Source of the DNA: Bdellovibrio sp.
GTDB taxonomy: Bacteria; Bdellovibrionota; Bdellovibrionia; Bdellovibrionales; Bdellovibrionaceae
Assembly: GCA_036676395.1 (NCBI GenBank)
Contig: JAKFCY010000003.1
Span: forward strand, 480,001 to 544,000
Reading direction: 5' to 3'
DNA: 64,000 nucleotides
Shown here piece after piece: positions 28,048 through 38,055 of this stretch. Below the pieces are notes generated by a model that saw only the letters and a list, made by a program, of their open reading frames with translations, was not told the DNA's origin and did not search any database. Made by a program: the position numbers and the translations under genes. How positions within the stretch are numbered: the stretch's first letter is position 1; the number at the start of each line of letters is the position of its first letter.

Positions 28048-28290
28048 ATGAAAACTTCTATAAATACTGATCTAACTATTAAAGGCGAAAGCGTGCACGT
28101 GCAGACCGAAGACTGGGGTCACGAGCATAAAAAATTAGTCGCACGCGTGTATCGACACGGTCGCATGGTTAAATCTTTTGAAGTGCCTTATGAAAAACTA
28201 ACCGCACCGCTGACTGATAAAACTCGTAATGGTTATGCTCAACAATTACATCAAAAGGTAATCGACTGGGTTCATGAGGGCGGATTATAA
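28048..28290 (+). CDS. Small conserved-looking hypothetical protein
   Basis: 80-aa ORF (HVQTEDWG motif) abutting the ftsE start. Confidence 0.7.
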   Translation: MKTSINTDLTIKGESVHVQTEDWGHEHKKLVARVYRHGRMVKSFEVPYEKLTAPLTDKTRNGYAQQLHQKVIDWVHEGGL

Positions 28291-28962
28291 ATGCCAATTT
28301 TAGAGCTAAGCCACGTTTATAAAACTTATCAAAACGATCGCCATGCTTTAAAAAATATTTCGTTTGCGGCAAATGCCGGCGAATTTATTTTTTTAACCGG
28401 ACATTCGGGCGCAGGTAAATCCACATTATTTAAAATTTTATCGGCGCAAGAATCTGCCACCAGCGGTTCAGTTTCAGTCTTTGACAAAAACATGAATGAA
28501 TACGATCACCGCAATATTCATGAATACCGCAGACAAATTGGCATAATTTTCCAGGATTTTAAATTAATCCCAGAAATCACGAACCGCGCTAATTTAGCTA
28601 TTCCATTAAATGTTTTAAATAAAAGCAAAAAAGAAATAGATGATGAAATTCAGCAGATTACCGATCTTGTAGGAATCAAGTCTTCGTATTTAGATGAATA
28701 CCCTGAATCACTTTCAGGTGGCGAACAGCAAAAAATCGCTGTAGCCCGCGCTATAATTCACAGACCGAAAATTATATTTGCTGATGAGCCAACCGGAAAT
28801 TTAGATAAAGAAGCCAGTATTAATATATTAATGATTTTAAAAGAGCTTACCAAATGGGAAACGACAGTTTTATTTGCCACGCATGATGAAAACCTGATGA
28901 GTAAGGTGCAGGGTAAAGTTATTCACCTTAAAGCTGGCGAGATCGAGAGCACAACATTATGA
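28291..28962 (+). CDS. ftsE: Cell division ATP-binding protein FtsE
   Basis: FLTGHSGAGKST, RRQIGIIFQDFKL, LSGGEQQ, ADEPTGNLD; followed by ftsX-envC. Confidence 0.9.
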   Translation: MPILELSHVYKTYQNDRHALKNISFAANAGEFIFLTGHSGAGKSTLFKILSAQESATSGSVSVFDKNMNEYDHRNIHEYRRQIGIIFQDFKLIPEITNRANLAIPLNVLNKSKKEIDDEIQQITDLVGIKSSYLDEYPESLSGGEQQKIAVARAIIHRPKIIFADEPTGNLDKEASINILMILKELTKWETTVLFATHDENLMSKVQGKVIHLKAGEIESTTL

Positions 28963-29792
28963 AACATGTTTTTCATATTGTGATCGGACTTTTTTTTTCG
29001 TTATTGATTTCGGTTTTGATTACTCAAAACAATATTAATTTATTCATGGGCGATGCTGATGACTTTAAAAAAGCGACGATCTATTTCAAACAAACTACCT
29101 TAGAAACCGAAGCCGATAAATTTGCTGCTGAAAAATTGCAAAATGCTGAAAAAGTTAAAAAAATCAGCAAAGAAACTGCTATTCAAGATTTTAAAAATAC
29201 GTTTGGTGATTTTTCTAAAAACTTATCTGAATTAGAAACTTTAACTGACTTAGTGCCTTTATCATATGAAGTCGTCTTTGCCAGTCTTGATGACCGTAAA
29301 CAATTTATCACAGCAGAAGCCGGTCATGAGTTGGTCGATGAAATAGTAGCTATTGATCAAGTATTTTCGCGATATTCTTCATTACAAAAAAGTTTAGGCG
29401 CCTTTACCTTTATTCTATTTGCCGTAAGTTTTTTAGTCTGTTCATTATTAACTTCGTTACTTATTAAAAATATGATTAATAACGATCATAGGCAGATTGA
29501 AATTTATGCGTTATTTGGCCAAAGTTACGGCGCCATTGTTAAAAAGTATTTTAAAAATCTATTAAGCTATTTTATCACCACGGCCGTTCTTAGTTTGGTC
29601 GTGGTTTTTGCATTCTACATGATTTTTAAAGTGAAGTTACATGCGACTCCAGATTTACGTTTTATGAGTGATCGGTTAACATTTTTAACTGTTTCACAAT
29701 TTTTAATTTTATTGTTCAGTTTCGCGGTGGCATATTTTGGCGGGCTTTATTTCGTTTTAAAACGGTCAGTTTTAAAATCTTTTCAGCGGTAA
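28959..29792 (+). CDS. ftsX: Cell division permease FtsX (divergent)
   Basis: TM, periplasmic loop (ISKETAIQDFK...LVPLSYEV), then three TMs; synteny with ftsE. Confidence 0.75.
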   Translation: MKHVFHIVIGLFFSLLISVLITQNNINLFMGDADDFKKATIYFKQTTLETEADKFAAEKLQNAEKVKKISKETAIQDFKNTFGDFSKNLSELETLTDLVPLSYEVVFASLDDRKQFITAEAGHELVDEIVAIDQVFSRYSSLQKSLGAFTFILFAVSFLVCSLLTSLLIKNMINNDHRQIEIYALFGQSYGAIVKKYFKNLLSYFITTAVLSLVVVFAFYMIFKVKLHATPDLRFMSDRLTFLTVSQFLILLFSFAVAYFGGLYFVLKRSVLKSFQR

Positions 29793-29793
29793 T

Positions 29794-30693
29794 ATGAAAT
29801 TTCTACTTATCTTTTTCATTACGCTGTCTGTTCAAGCTGCCCCAGAAAAAAGTCTGGAACAAAATGTATTGCAAATAGAAAAAGATATCGCAGAGGCTTA
29901 CGCAAAGATTTCGGTAAACAACCAATCTATTGCTATTGCCCAAAAACAAATCGCTGATATCAATTTAAATATCGAAGAAAAAAAGAAATATCTGGCTAAA
30001 CGAATGCTGGCGCAAAAAAGTGTAAAATCAATGAGTTGGTTTTTAGCCCTCGACACAAAAAACAAAGCTATATTGGATCGCAACTTAAAAATTTTTAAAA
30101 ATATTAACTTATCAGATATTACCGCGCTTCATGAGTTTCGTCTGGCTTTAGATGAAGTTAAAAGCCAACAGCAGTTTCTAGAAGACGAAAATAAAAAGCT
30201 CACTGAATTAACGAAATATTTGCAGGACCAAGAAGTTAAGCTTAAAAAAGCCGAACAAGAACAAATTGCAATGTTAGAAAAAATAAGTGCTATCGATCAT
30301 TTATTAAATTTCAAAGGCCAGTTGTCATTACCCGTTCGCGCGCCGGTTTTAGAACGCTTTGGCAGTTCGCATGATCAAGACAATCAATACGCTTTGTTAG
30401 TCAAAGGCCTAGTCTTAGACGGAAAAGATAAACAAGCTGTGTCTGCTTTCGGTCCAGGCAAAGTCATTTTTCGTGACCGTATTCCCTATTGGGGTGATTC
30501 TGTAATTATAAGTCACAAAGGTGGATACTATTCAGTCTACGCCGGAGTTGAAAACGCTGTTGTAAAGATTGATGAACTGGTCATTAACGAACAAATCATC
30601 GCTCAAACCAACGGGCAAGAATTCTACTTCGAACTTAGGCACTTAAATATCCCATTAAATCCTTTGAACTGGATTAGGAAAGACAATGACTAA
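29794..30693 (+). CDS. envC: Murein hydrolase activator EnvC (coiled coil plus degenerate M23 domain)
   Basis: Signal peptide, coiled coil, KGQLSLPV, YFELR...NPLNW; no M23 zinc HxxxD/HxH motifs. Confidence 0.8.
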   Translation: MKFLLIFFITLSVQAAPEKSLEQNVLQIEKDIAEAYAKISVNNQSIAIAQKQIADINLNIEEKKKYLAKRMLAQKSVKSMSWFLALDTKNKAILDRNLKIFKNINLSDITALHEFRLALDEVKSQQQFLEDENKKLTELTKYLQDQEVKLKKAEQEQIAMLEKISAIDHLLNFKGQLSLPVRAPVLERFGSSHDQDNQYALLVKGLVLDGKDKQAVSAFGPGKVIFRDRIPYWGDSVIISHKGGYYSVYAGVENAVVKIDELVINEQIIAQTNGQEFYFELRHLNIPLNPLNWIRKDND

Positions 30694-32026
30694 AAAAAAT
30701 CTCTCTGCTGTATTGATTCTGTTATTCGTAGTTTTAACTGCAAAGCCTATGTGGTCATGGGCAGAAGACAGGTATACAGATCTGCAAAACTTTTCAAAAA
30801 TTTTAAATTTAGTACAGCAATACTATGTTGAACCCGTTGATACAAAAAAATTAGTGAACGGCGCGATTAAGGGAATGTTGCGTGAATTAGATCCACACAC
30901 GAACTACATGCCACCAGATATTTTTAAAGATTTCGAATCAGAGACGGCTGGCGAATTCGGTGGTCTAGGTATCGAGATTTCAATTCAAAATGGGGTATTA
31001 ACAATTATTTCTCCGATCGAAGACACACCAGCATGGAAGGCCGGTATTAAACCAGGCGATAAAGTGATCGCGATCGATGGCAATTCAACAAAAGGTTTTT
31101 CATTAGTTGAAGCTTCGGCATTACTAAAAGGTAAACGTGGCGAACCCGTAGTTCTATCAGTGGTTCGTGATAATTCAGACAAAGCCTTAGACATCACAGT
31201 TGTTCGTGGCCAAGTTAAAATTAAATCAGTTAAATCAACTCTACTTGATGATGGTTATTTATACGTAAGAGTCACAAGCTTTATCGAAACGACTTCAAAA
31301 GAATTAGAAAAAGCATTATCTGATTACAAATCAGCAAACAAAAAAATGGATGGTATCTTAATCGATTTAAGAAAAAATCCAGGTGGTTTATTAGATCAAG
31401 CGATCAAAGTGACAGACATGTTTTTAAAAGAAGGCGTGATCGTAAGTACTATTGCCCGTGATCCAAAGAATAAAGACGTAACCTACGCGACTAAAAAAGC
31501 ATTATACGCCGATATTCCAATCGTAATCTTAATCAATGAATACTCAGCAAGTGCCAGCGAAATCGTAGCCGGCGCCTTACAAGACAACAAACGCGCGATC
31601 ATCGTGGGCGAAAGAAGTTTTGGTAAAGGTTCAGTTCAATCGGTTATTAAATTAGGTGATGGCAGCGGTTTAAAACTAACAGTAGCTAGATACTACACAC
31701 CAAGTGGCGTATCGATTCAGGCAGAAGGCATCAAACCTGATATTGAAATCGAAGACGTTAATGCAGAACTTTTCGCAAAAGCCTTAAGTGATAAAAAAGG
31801 TGTTCGTGAACAAGACATCACGGGCCACTTAATCGGCGACAAAGAAAAGAAAAAAACTGGCAAAAGCAAAATGGATAACAGCGCAGCAGCTTGGTGGAAA
31901 GACGTAGCCAGCAAGAAAGACTCTGATCTAACAGAGAAAGAAAAGCTGTTTAAAACTGATTATCAAGCGTACCAGGCGTATTCTTATTTAAGAGCGATCA
32001 AAACGCTGAATTCGTTACAGAAGTAA
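30686..32026 (+). CDS. ctpA: Carboxyl-terminal processing protease, S41A
   Basis: LDPHT, PDZ GLGIEI, DLRKNPGG, SASASEI, FGKGSVQ. Confidence 0.95.
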   Translation: MTKKNLSAVLILLFVVLTAKPMWSWAEDRYTDLQNFSKILNLVQQYYVEPVDTKKLVNGAIKGMLRELDPHTNYMPPDIFKDFESETAGEFGGLGIEISIQNGVLTIISPIEDTPAWKAGIKPGDKVIAIDGNSTKGFSLVEASALLKGKRGEPVVLSVVRDNSDKALDITVVRGQVKIKSVKSTLLDDGYLYVRVTSFIETTSKELEKALSDYKSANKKMDGILIDLRKNPGGLLDQAIKVTDMFLKEGVIVSTIARDPKNKDVTYATKKALYADIPIVILINEYSASASEIVAGALQDNKRAIIVGERSFGKGSVQSVIKLGDGSGLKLTVARYYTPSGVSIQAEGIKPDIEIEDVNAELFAKALSDKKGVREQDITGHLIGDKEKKKTGKSKMDNSAAAWWKDVASKKDSDLTEKEKLFKTDYQAYQAYSYLRAIKTLNSLQK

Positions 32027-32044
32027 GGCCCTACCTAAAAAAAG

Positions 32045-32076
32045 AAAAGGCCTGGTTCATCACCAAGCCTTTTTTT
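32045..32076. terminator. Bidirectional terminator between ctpA and tig
   Basis: aaaaggcctgg...ccaagcctttt hairpin flanked by A- and T-runs. Confidence 0.8.
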
Positions 32077-32098
32077 ATTTCGAAATTTTAAGAAGAAA

Positions 32099-33412
32099 CT
32101 AGTTTTGTTCTTCTTTTAATTCTTTCGCGTCTACTTCTTTAACTTTAGCTTTATCAGTTAAAAGCTTAATCACTTTTTCTTCAGTGATCATGTAAGTTAA
32201 ACGACTTGCTTGTTCAGGTTTAGCGTACCACTCGCGGATGCGAGTTTCTTCTAAGCCAGTTTGTTTTGCGTATTCAGCAAATTTAGCTTCAAGGTCTTCT
32301 TTAGTGCAGATTAATTTGTGTTCTGTTGCTAAAGCGTCGATTAAGAATGAAGACTGGATCATTTCGCCAGCTGTTTTTGCGAAGTCTGCATCCCATTTTT
32401 GTACATAAGATTCGAAATCACCTTCTTGCATACCTTGATCAGACATACGTTTTTTGAAATCTTCGATTAACGCTGCTTTTTGATCTTTAAGTAAAGAAGC
32501 TGGTACATCAACTGGATTTGCTTCAACCATTTTTTTGATTAAACGGTTTTTGAAGTTATCTTCGATACGTTTTTTATCAGATTGTTCGATATCATCACGT
32601 AAAGTTTTTTTGAATTCTTCAACAGTTTGTTTTGTTCCAATCTGGGCAAGTAATTCTTCATTGATTTCAGGTAATTCTTTTTTCTTAAGACCTTTTAATG
32701 TCACTTTGAAGTCTACTGGTTTTCCAGCGATTTCAGCAGAGTGGTATGGATCTGGAAATTTTAAGTTAACAGTTTTTTTGTCGCCGATTTTCATTCCAAC
32801 GATAGCTTCTTCGAAACCTTCGATGAATTGTTTTGAACCTAATTCTAGATTGTGATCAACGCCTACGCCATTTTCTAATGGACCACCGTTAACAAAACCT
32901 TCGAAATCAACAACTGCAGTGTCACCCATTTGAGCCGGGCGATCTTCTAACACGTCTACGATTTTAGCGCGTGAGCTGCGTACGTTATTTAAAACTTGTT
33001 CAAATTGAGCGTCATTGAAAACGAATTTTTCTTTTTCAACTTCTAAGCCTTCCCATTTTTTGATTTTAACTTCGGGGCGAACTTCGATGATCGCTGTGAA
33101 TGCGAAGTCTTTTTCTTCAGATGGATCTTCGAATTCGAACTCAGGGTAATTGATTGGGTCAATATTTGATTCTTTAAGAGCTTGTGGATAATGCGATTGG
33201 ATAAGATCTTGCGCCACATCACCAAGAACTTGAGTTTTGTACATAGATTTAATTGTGCTTAAAGGAGCTTTACCTTTACGAAAGCCTTTAATTTGCACGC
33301 TACGCTGAATGCTTTGGTAAACTTTTTCAAACGCGTTAGTTACCACGGTTTGCGGAATCTCAACATTAATTTTTCTTTGTAAACCTTGAGTGATTTGAAC
33401 TTGTGCTTTCAC
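32099..33412 (-). CDS. tig: Trigger factor
   Basis: GFRKGKAP ribosome-binding motif; FKBP domain FIEGFEE, FPDPYH. Confidence 0.96.
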   Translation of the reverse strand: MKAQVQITQGLQRKINVEIPQTVVTNAFEKVYQSIQRSVQIKGFRKGKAPLSTIKSMYKTQVLGDVAQDLIQSHYPQALKESNIDPINYPEFEFEDPSEEKDFAFTAIIEVRPEVKIKKWEGLEVEKEKFVFNDAQFEQVLNNVRSSRAKIVDVLEDRPAQMGDTAVVDFEGFVNGGPLENGVGVDHNLELGSKQFIEGFEEAIVGMKIGDKKTVNLKFPDPYHSAEIAGKPVDFKVTLKGLKKKELPEINEELLAQIGTKQTVEEFKKTLRDDIEQSDKKRIEDNFKNRLIKKMVEANPVDVPASLLKDQKAALIEDFKKRMSDQGMQEGDFESYVQKWDADFAKTAGEMIQSSFLIDALATEHKLICTKEDLEAKFAEYAKQTGLEETRIREWYAKPEQASRLTYMITEEKVIKLLTDKAKVKEVDAKELKEEQN

Positions 33413-33489
33413 TACGACTCCTTTTAAACTTAACTCGTAATTCGTCTCTGATAATTGAACTTTGAATTTGGGAAATTAGAGTATTTAGT

Positions 33490-34353
33490 ATGCAAAAGCA
33501 ACAAATACATTTTGTGACTGGTAAAGGGGGCGTGGGGAAGTCGTTTTTCGCTGCAGCTCTAGCTCAAGGTCTGGCTAAAAAGGCCAACTTTTCACCTGAA
33601 AAAAATGGCCCCTCTAAGCCTATTTTGCTAGCAGAATTCAATGATCATAGCTTCTATCGCGAATACCTCGGCGATAAGCCCGTTTATTTCGATTTAGCTC
33701 AGTGGACAGGCGGCGAATGCCTTAAAGAATATGCTATTCACCTGCTAAAAATCGAATCGCTGTATAAACTTTTTTTTGCAAATCCAATATCAAAAGCCTT
33801 AATCGATGTATCGCCAGGGTTGCTTGAACTAGCCATTTTAGGGCGGGCGACATCGTTTCAACGCAAACATGGGCCGCCTTTAAAATACAATCACATGGTG
33901 TTTGATGCCTTTGCGACCGGCCATTTTTTAACCATGTTTCGTGCCCCTTCAGCCCTTGCAAAAATTATCCAGTTTGGACCAATGGGAGAACAAACCCGTT
34001 CGATCGATAAGTGGATTCGCAACCCTGAATTTTGTCATGTGCATTTAGTGTCATTACCAGAAGAAATGCCCGCGACTGAAACGGCTGAACTTTATCACAG
34101 TCTAAAAGATGAATTTGGTTTAACCCCGAAAGTTTATCTGAATAAATATTTTTTCTTAAAAAAAGAAGACTTAGCAAATGAACCCGAAAGCGTAAAAAAA
34201 TATTTTACCAATATGTTAGAGCAGCAAGAGCTGGCTGAAAAAATCTTTGCAGACCATAAAATTAAATATATTCCTGTGCCGTTAATTCCTGAAATTGAAA
34301 CTGATAAACTTCTGCATGAAGCTTCTGAGTATTTATTAAAGGAAGTTTTATGA
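33490..34353 (+). CDS. ArsA/GET3-family P-loop ATPase, subunit 1
   Basis: FVTGKGGVGKS, PGLLEL, FDAFATGH, LPEEMP. Confidence 0.85.
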   Translation: MQKQQIHFVTGKGGVGKSFFAAALAQGLAKKANFSPEKNGPSKPILLAEFNDHSFYREYLGDKPVYFDLAQWTGGECLKEYAIHLLKIESLYKLFFANPISKALIDVSPGLLELAILGRATSFQRKHGPPLKYNHMVFDAFATGHFLTMFRAPSALAKIIQFGPMGEQTRSIDKWIRNPEFCHVHLVSLPEEMPATETAELYHSLKDEFGLTPKVYLNKYFFLKKEDLANEPESVKKYFTNMLEQQELAEKIFADHKIKYIPVPLIPEIETDKLLHEASEYLLKEVL

Positions 34354-35372
34354 TGAAGATTGCAAGTACAACAAAAACAATTATCTGCATTGGCACCGGC
34401 GGTGTCGGTAAAACCACAATGGCAGCTTCAATTGCTTCGGGATTATCAGCGGATAAAAAAGTTTTAGTGTTAACAATTGATCCATCACTGCGATTAGCCC
34501 AAGCGCTGGGGATCAAGCCAGACGGCGAAGTGTATAAAGTTAAAAATAATCTTTATGCTTGCACGTTAAATCATGCAAAAGCGTTTCATGAATTCGTCTT
34601 AAAGGCCGCAAGTCATTCAGCAACCCCAGAAGAAATTGAAAAATTATTACATAATAAATTGTATCAACAGCTTTCAACACAACTAAGTGGCTCGCAGGAT
34701 TTTTCAGCGTTATTTAAATTAAATGAATTTGTACACTCTAAAGAATACGACATTGTGATTTTAGATACTCCGCCAGCCCAACACACTTGGCATTTTTTGC
34801 ATGCGCCAGAAAAACTGGGTCAGCTATTTAATGAAGGTGTAGCGCAATGGTTTCGTGACCCAGAACAAAAAGACACAAGCCTATTGAAAAGAATTTTAAA
34901 CACAGGCACTACTCAGGTTTTAAAAGTCTTAGAAAATTTAACTGGTTCAGAATTTGTTAAAGAACTGGCGATTTTTTTTCGCGCTATTCAACGCTGGCAA
35001 ACACCGCTTGAAAAACAAGTTTGGGATTGCCATAAATTACTAACTGCAAAAAGCACCGAATTTATTTTGGTGACGGCTCTTGACCCTTCGCGAATTACTG
35101 AAGCTTTACGTTTAAGTGCAGAAATTGAAAAGCAGGGTTACAATTTAAAATCGATCATCATTAATCGTGTACCGGTTTGGATTACCGAAGAGTCGACTTT
35201 GGGGCCAGTGGTTCGTTATGTGAAATATTTAAAAGCTCTTGAAGCAAGGCTTCTTGGATCTAAGTCTAAGTTTGGTCCACATCTTAAGGTGTACAAATCG
35301 CATGAACTTAGTCACAATCAATTGCATGTGGAAAATCTTAGCGATATCTATCACCGTATTGAGCCTATCTAG
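34350..35372 (+). CDS. ArsA/GET3-family P-loop ATPase, subunit 2
   Basis: GTGGVGKTT, LTIDPS.RLA, YDIVILDTPP, IINR; ATGA overlap with subunit 1. Confidence 0.85.
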   Translation: MMKIASTTKTIICIGTGGVGKTTMAASIASGLSADKKVLVLTIDPSLRLAQALGIKPDGEVYKVKNNLYACTLNHAKAFHEFVLKAASHSATPEEIEKLLHNKLYQQLSTQLSGSQDFSALFKLNEFVHSKEYDIVILDTPPAQHTWHFLHAPEKLGQLFNEGVAQWFRDPEQKDTSLLKRILNTGTTQVLKVLENLTGSEFVKELAIFFRAIQRWQTPLEKQVWDCHKLLTAKSTEFILVTALDPSRITEALRLSAEIEKQGYNLKSIIINRVPVWITEESTLGPVVRYVKYLKALEARLLGSKSKFGPHLKVYKSHELSHNQLHVENLSDIYHRIEPI

Positions 35373-36108
35373 CTGTTCGTTATTTGGCCGTTCAGAAACT
35401 AAAAAAGCATTGTTAACCGATTTCGAACAAGGAAAGTATTTAGTTTCGATTTCTGAATATGAAAAAGCTGAGCCCTATTTGCTTAAAACTGTAGTGCGTG
35501 AAGATGATAACTATGCTCAAGCGGTTTTAATGTTAGGTAAAATCTACGATCAGGTGGCATTACCAGAACGTGCGATCTTGAATTTGCGCGATTTTTTACA
35601 GCGTGGACAGGGTTCGCCACTTGAAATCATGCAGGCCAAAGCGCTGTTAATTAAAAACTTAGCCAAAGTAAATGCGCCCATCGAAAATGCCGACGAAAAA
35701 AAATACATCTCGCGTGTTATGACGTCGAAATCTCAAGATTTGCGCCTAGCTTTGGAAAGCTTACGTTGGACACTGGATTTTAACTGTGGCGTCTATTGTG
35801 TCGAAGAAGTGAATTATTTAAAAGAAATTCAGGTGCAACTTCTTTACGCTATTGAGACTGATCCTACGCTCTATAAACGTGTGTTTGATATCTTAACTTC
35901 GCGATATGACTACTTTGAAACATTTTTAAAAGAACCGGTGCTGGATCTAGAATACCGAAAAAAAATCGGCTTAGCGCTTTACGAGGCTTTACAAAAGCTA
36001 AAAAGCTCACATCTTGAAAGCAGTACTTTGGGTTCGGTTAAAGCCGCAGAATTAATTTCCTATTTAGAAGCGTATCAAAAAAGAATTGAACGCTGGTTAT
36101 ACGAGTAA
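35326..36108 (+). CDS. TPR-containing lipoprotein
   Basis: Start at ATG 35326 gives MWKILAISITVLSLSSC (lipobox); TPR-like YEKAEPYL / MLGKIY segments. Confidence 0.7.
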   Translation: MWKILAISITVLSLSSCSLFGRSETKKALLTDFEQGKYLVSISEYEKAEPYLLKTVVREDDNYAQAVLMLGKIYDQVALPERAILNLRDFLQRGQGSPLEIMQAKALLIKNLAKVNAPIENADEKKYISRVMTSKSQDLRLALESLRWTLDFNCGVYCVEEVNYLKEIQVQLLYAIETDPTLYKRVFDILTSRYDYFETFLKEPVLDLEYRKKIGLALYEALQKLKSSHLESSTLGSVKAAELISYLEAYQKRIERWLYE

Positions 36109-36111
36109 AAT

Positions 36112-37377
36112 ATGACATACACAGGGGCGCAAGCTCAGCTTCATGCTAACATTTGCAAAAATATCGACAACGCTACTGATTGGTTTAAAAAACAAACTTC
36201 AGTTTTAGAGTATCCGATTTATTCAAGCTACGATATTCGTGATGCTGGTTACAAAGTCACTAACGTTGATGCAAATATTTATCCCGCCGGATTTAATAAC
36301 ATTTGCCCAACGGATAAAGAGTCGGCAGTAGACCTATTTCAAAAATATATTCATGTGCATTATGGAAAAAACGTAAAAAAGATTCTTTTAGTGACTGAAG
36401 AGCATACGGCGAATCCCTATTATTTAGAAAACGTAGCTACAATTTCTGAATTATTAGTGGCGGGTGGTTTTTTCGTGCAAGTGGCGTTTCCGAAAATGTT
36501 AGAAGCTCCGCTTGAATTAACCAGTGTGACGGGTAAAAAAGTGATCGCTTACAGTGGTTATACAAACTCAGCAAGCTTTCAGCAATTTGCTCCGGATATC
36601 GTGATTAGTAATAACGATTTTTCGATGGCCTTAGCTGAATGGGGTGATCAATTAAAATTACCTCTAAACCCACCGCGTGAACTTGGTTGGTATCAAAGAC
36701 AAAAATCACGCTACTTTGAAAATTATAACTCATTAGTAAATACTTTTTCAGACATCGTGGGTATTGATCCATTTTTAATGCGTGTTGAAACTGAATTGTT
36801 TGAACACTTCGACATTAACAGCGATGAAAGCCGCGATGCTTTGGCTGCACGCGTAGATGCATTTTTAGCAAAACTTCAAGCTAAGTACGCTGAAGAAAAA
36901 ATTGAGCAAAAGCCTTTTTGTTTTGTAAAAAACAATGCCGGAACTTACGGTTTAGGTGTTATTAAAGTTTCTTCGGGCCAAGAAGTTAAAGAGTGGACTT
37001 ACAAATCACGTAAAAAAATGAAAGCCGCAAAAGGCGGTCGTGAAGTTGAAGAAGTGATTATCCAAGAAGGTATTCCTTCGGTTGTAACTTCAGAACAGGC
37101 TTCAGCAGAACCCGTAATCTATATGGTTGGTTGTGAATTAGCAGGTGGCTTCTTACGTACTCACTCAGAGAAGTCGTCGACTGAAAGTTTGAATTCTCCG
37201 GGGGCCGTTTACAAAAAACTTTGTGTAACAGACCTTCTCGACAATCGTCCGGGCTGTCCGCAAGAAAACGTTTACGGATGGTCAGCAAAACTTGGTTTAC
37301 TAGCGATTGGTCTAGAAGCGCAGCAGATGAAAGTCCAATTTAAGGGCTACCAAAAAGCAGAATGCGGATCGATATGA
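36112..37377 (+). CDS. gshA: Glutamate--cysteine ligase (ATP-grasp-like GshA type)
   Basis: PIYSSYDIRDAGYK...VDANIYPAGFNN, KNNAGTYGLGV, IIQEGI, GGFLR, SLNSPG. Confidence 0.85.
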   Translation: MTYTGAQAQLHANICKNIDNATDWFKKQTSVLEYPIYSSYDIRDAGYKVTNVDANIYPAGFNNICPTDKESAVDLFQKYIHVHYGKNVKKILLVTEEHTANPYYLENVATISELLVAGGFFVQVAFPKMLEAPLELTSVTGKKVIAYSGYTNSASFQQFAPDIVISNNDFSMALAEWGDQLKLPLNPPRELGWYQRQKSRYFENYNSLVNTFSDIVGIDPFLMRVETELFEHFDINSDESRDALAARVDAFLAKLQAKYAEEKIEQKPFCFVKNNAGTYGLGVIKVSSGQEVKEWTYKSRKKMKAAKGGREVEEVIIQEGIPSVVTSEQASAEPVIYMVGCELAGGFLRTHSEKSSTESLNSPGAVYKKLCVTDLLDNRPGCPQENVYGWSAKLGLLAIGLEAQQMKVQFKGYQKAECGSI

Positions 37378-37389
37378 TATTATTTATGT

Positions 37390-37995
37390 ATGGAGCAATT
37401 CGTACATAAATTTAAGTCAGTATTTTTATTTTTCCTGACCTTTACATTAGGATTCTCTTTATTTTACGGCTACTTTAATGAAAATTTCTCAGAGCGTGAT
37501 CCGGCGGCGATCGGAAATAAAGTACATCAGTTAAAAAACTTCGACCCTGAACAACTTAAAGAAGAGTTAGCACATAAAATTCAGGTGCAAAATCTTCCGG
37601 ATGGTAAAAAGTATTTACGCTTTACCAGTCTGTCTTCAAATGTTTGTCGCCAATATCCAAAAGTACAAATTCAGTTTTCTGCTGATGGTATATCAGTTGC
37701 TGGCGAGCCACCAATCATGACTATCGAAGCTGATTGTTTACCGGCGCAAGACCCAGTTGAAATGGCGTCGATTGAAATTCCTGTTGATAAAATTTTGAAG
37801 CAAAAGCCAACAAATGCGTCTTACAAATTTGACGGTTTAACTTCAACGTTCACGTTTTCTGGCTCAGGGGATGAGTGGCCAAAAACGTGGATATTACGTT
37901 CAGTCATTTTCAAAAATCAAAATGGCAACACTAAAATCGTGGCTTTTGAAAAAGCCATTTCAGCAGATCACAGACCAACAATCTTAGAATTCTAA
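37390..37995 (+). CDS. Membrane-anchored hypothetical protein
   Basis: N-terminal TM followed by RDPAA, an RxPA-type motif common in Bdellovibrio exported proteins. Confidence 0.65.
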   Translation: MEQFVHKFKSVFLFFLTFTLGFSLFYGYFNENFSERDPAAIGNKVHQLKNFDPEQLKEELAHKIQVQNLPDGKKYLRFTSLSSNVCRQYPKVQIQFSADGISVAGEPPIMTIEADCLPAQDPVEMASIEIPVDKILKQKPTNASYKFDGLTSTFTFSGSGDEWPKTWILRSVIFKNQNGNTKIVAFEKAISADHRPTILEF

Positions 37996-37996
37996 A

Positions 37997-38015
37997 GGTG
38001 CCAGGCCCTGTTTCT
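37997..38015 (+). repeat. 19-bp dispersed extragenic element, copy 1
   Basis: GGTGCCAGGCCCTGTTTCT; exact reverse complement at 57629-57647. Confidence 0.75.
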
Positions 38016-38055
38016 GGTTGCAGCGAATCAATCTAACTATTTCATAGGGGGAATT

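Noticed and set aside
33490..35372. Arsenic resistance operon
   Set aside because: No arsB/acr3, arsC, arsD or arsR; the single-domain tandem pair fits the non-arsenic ArsA/GET3 group better
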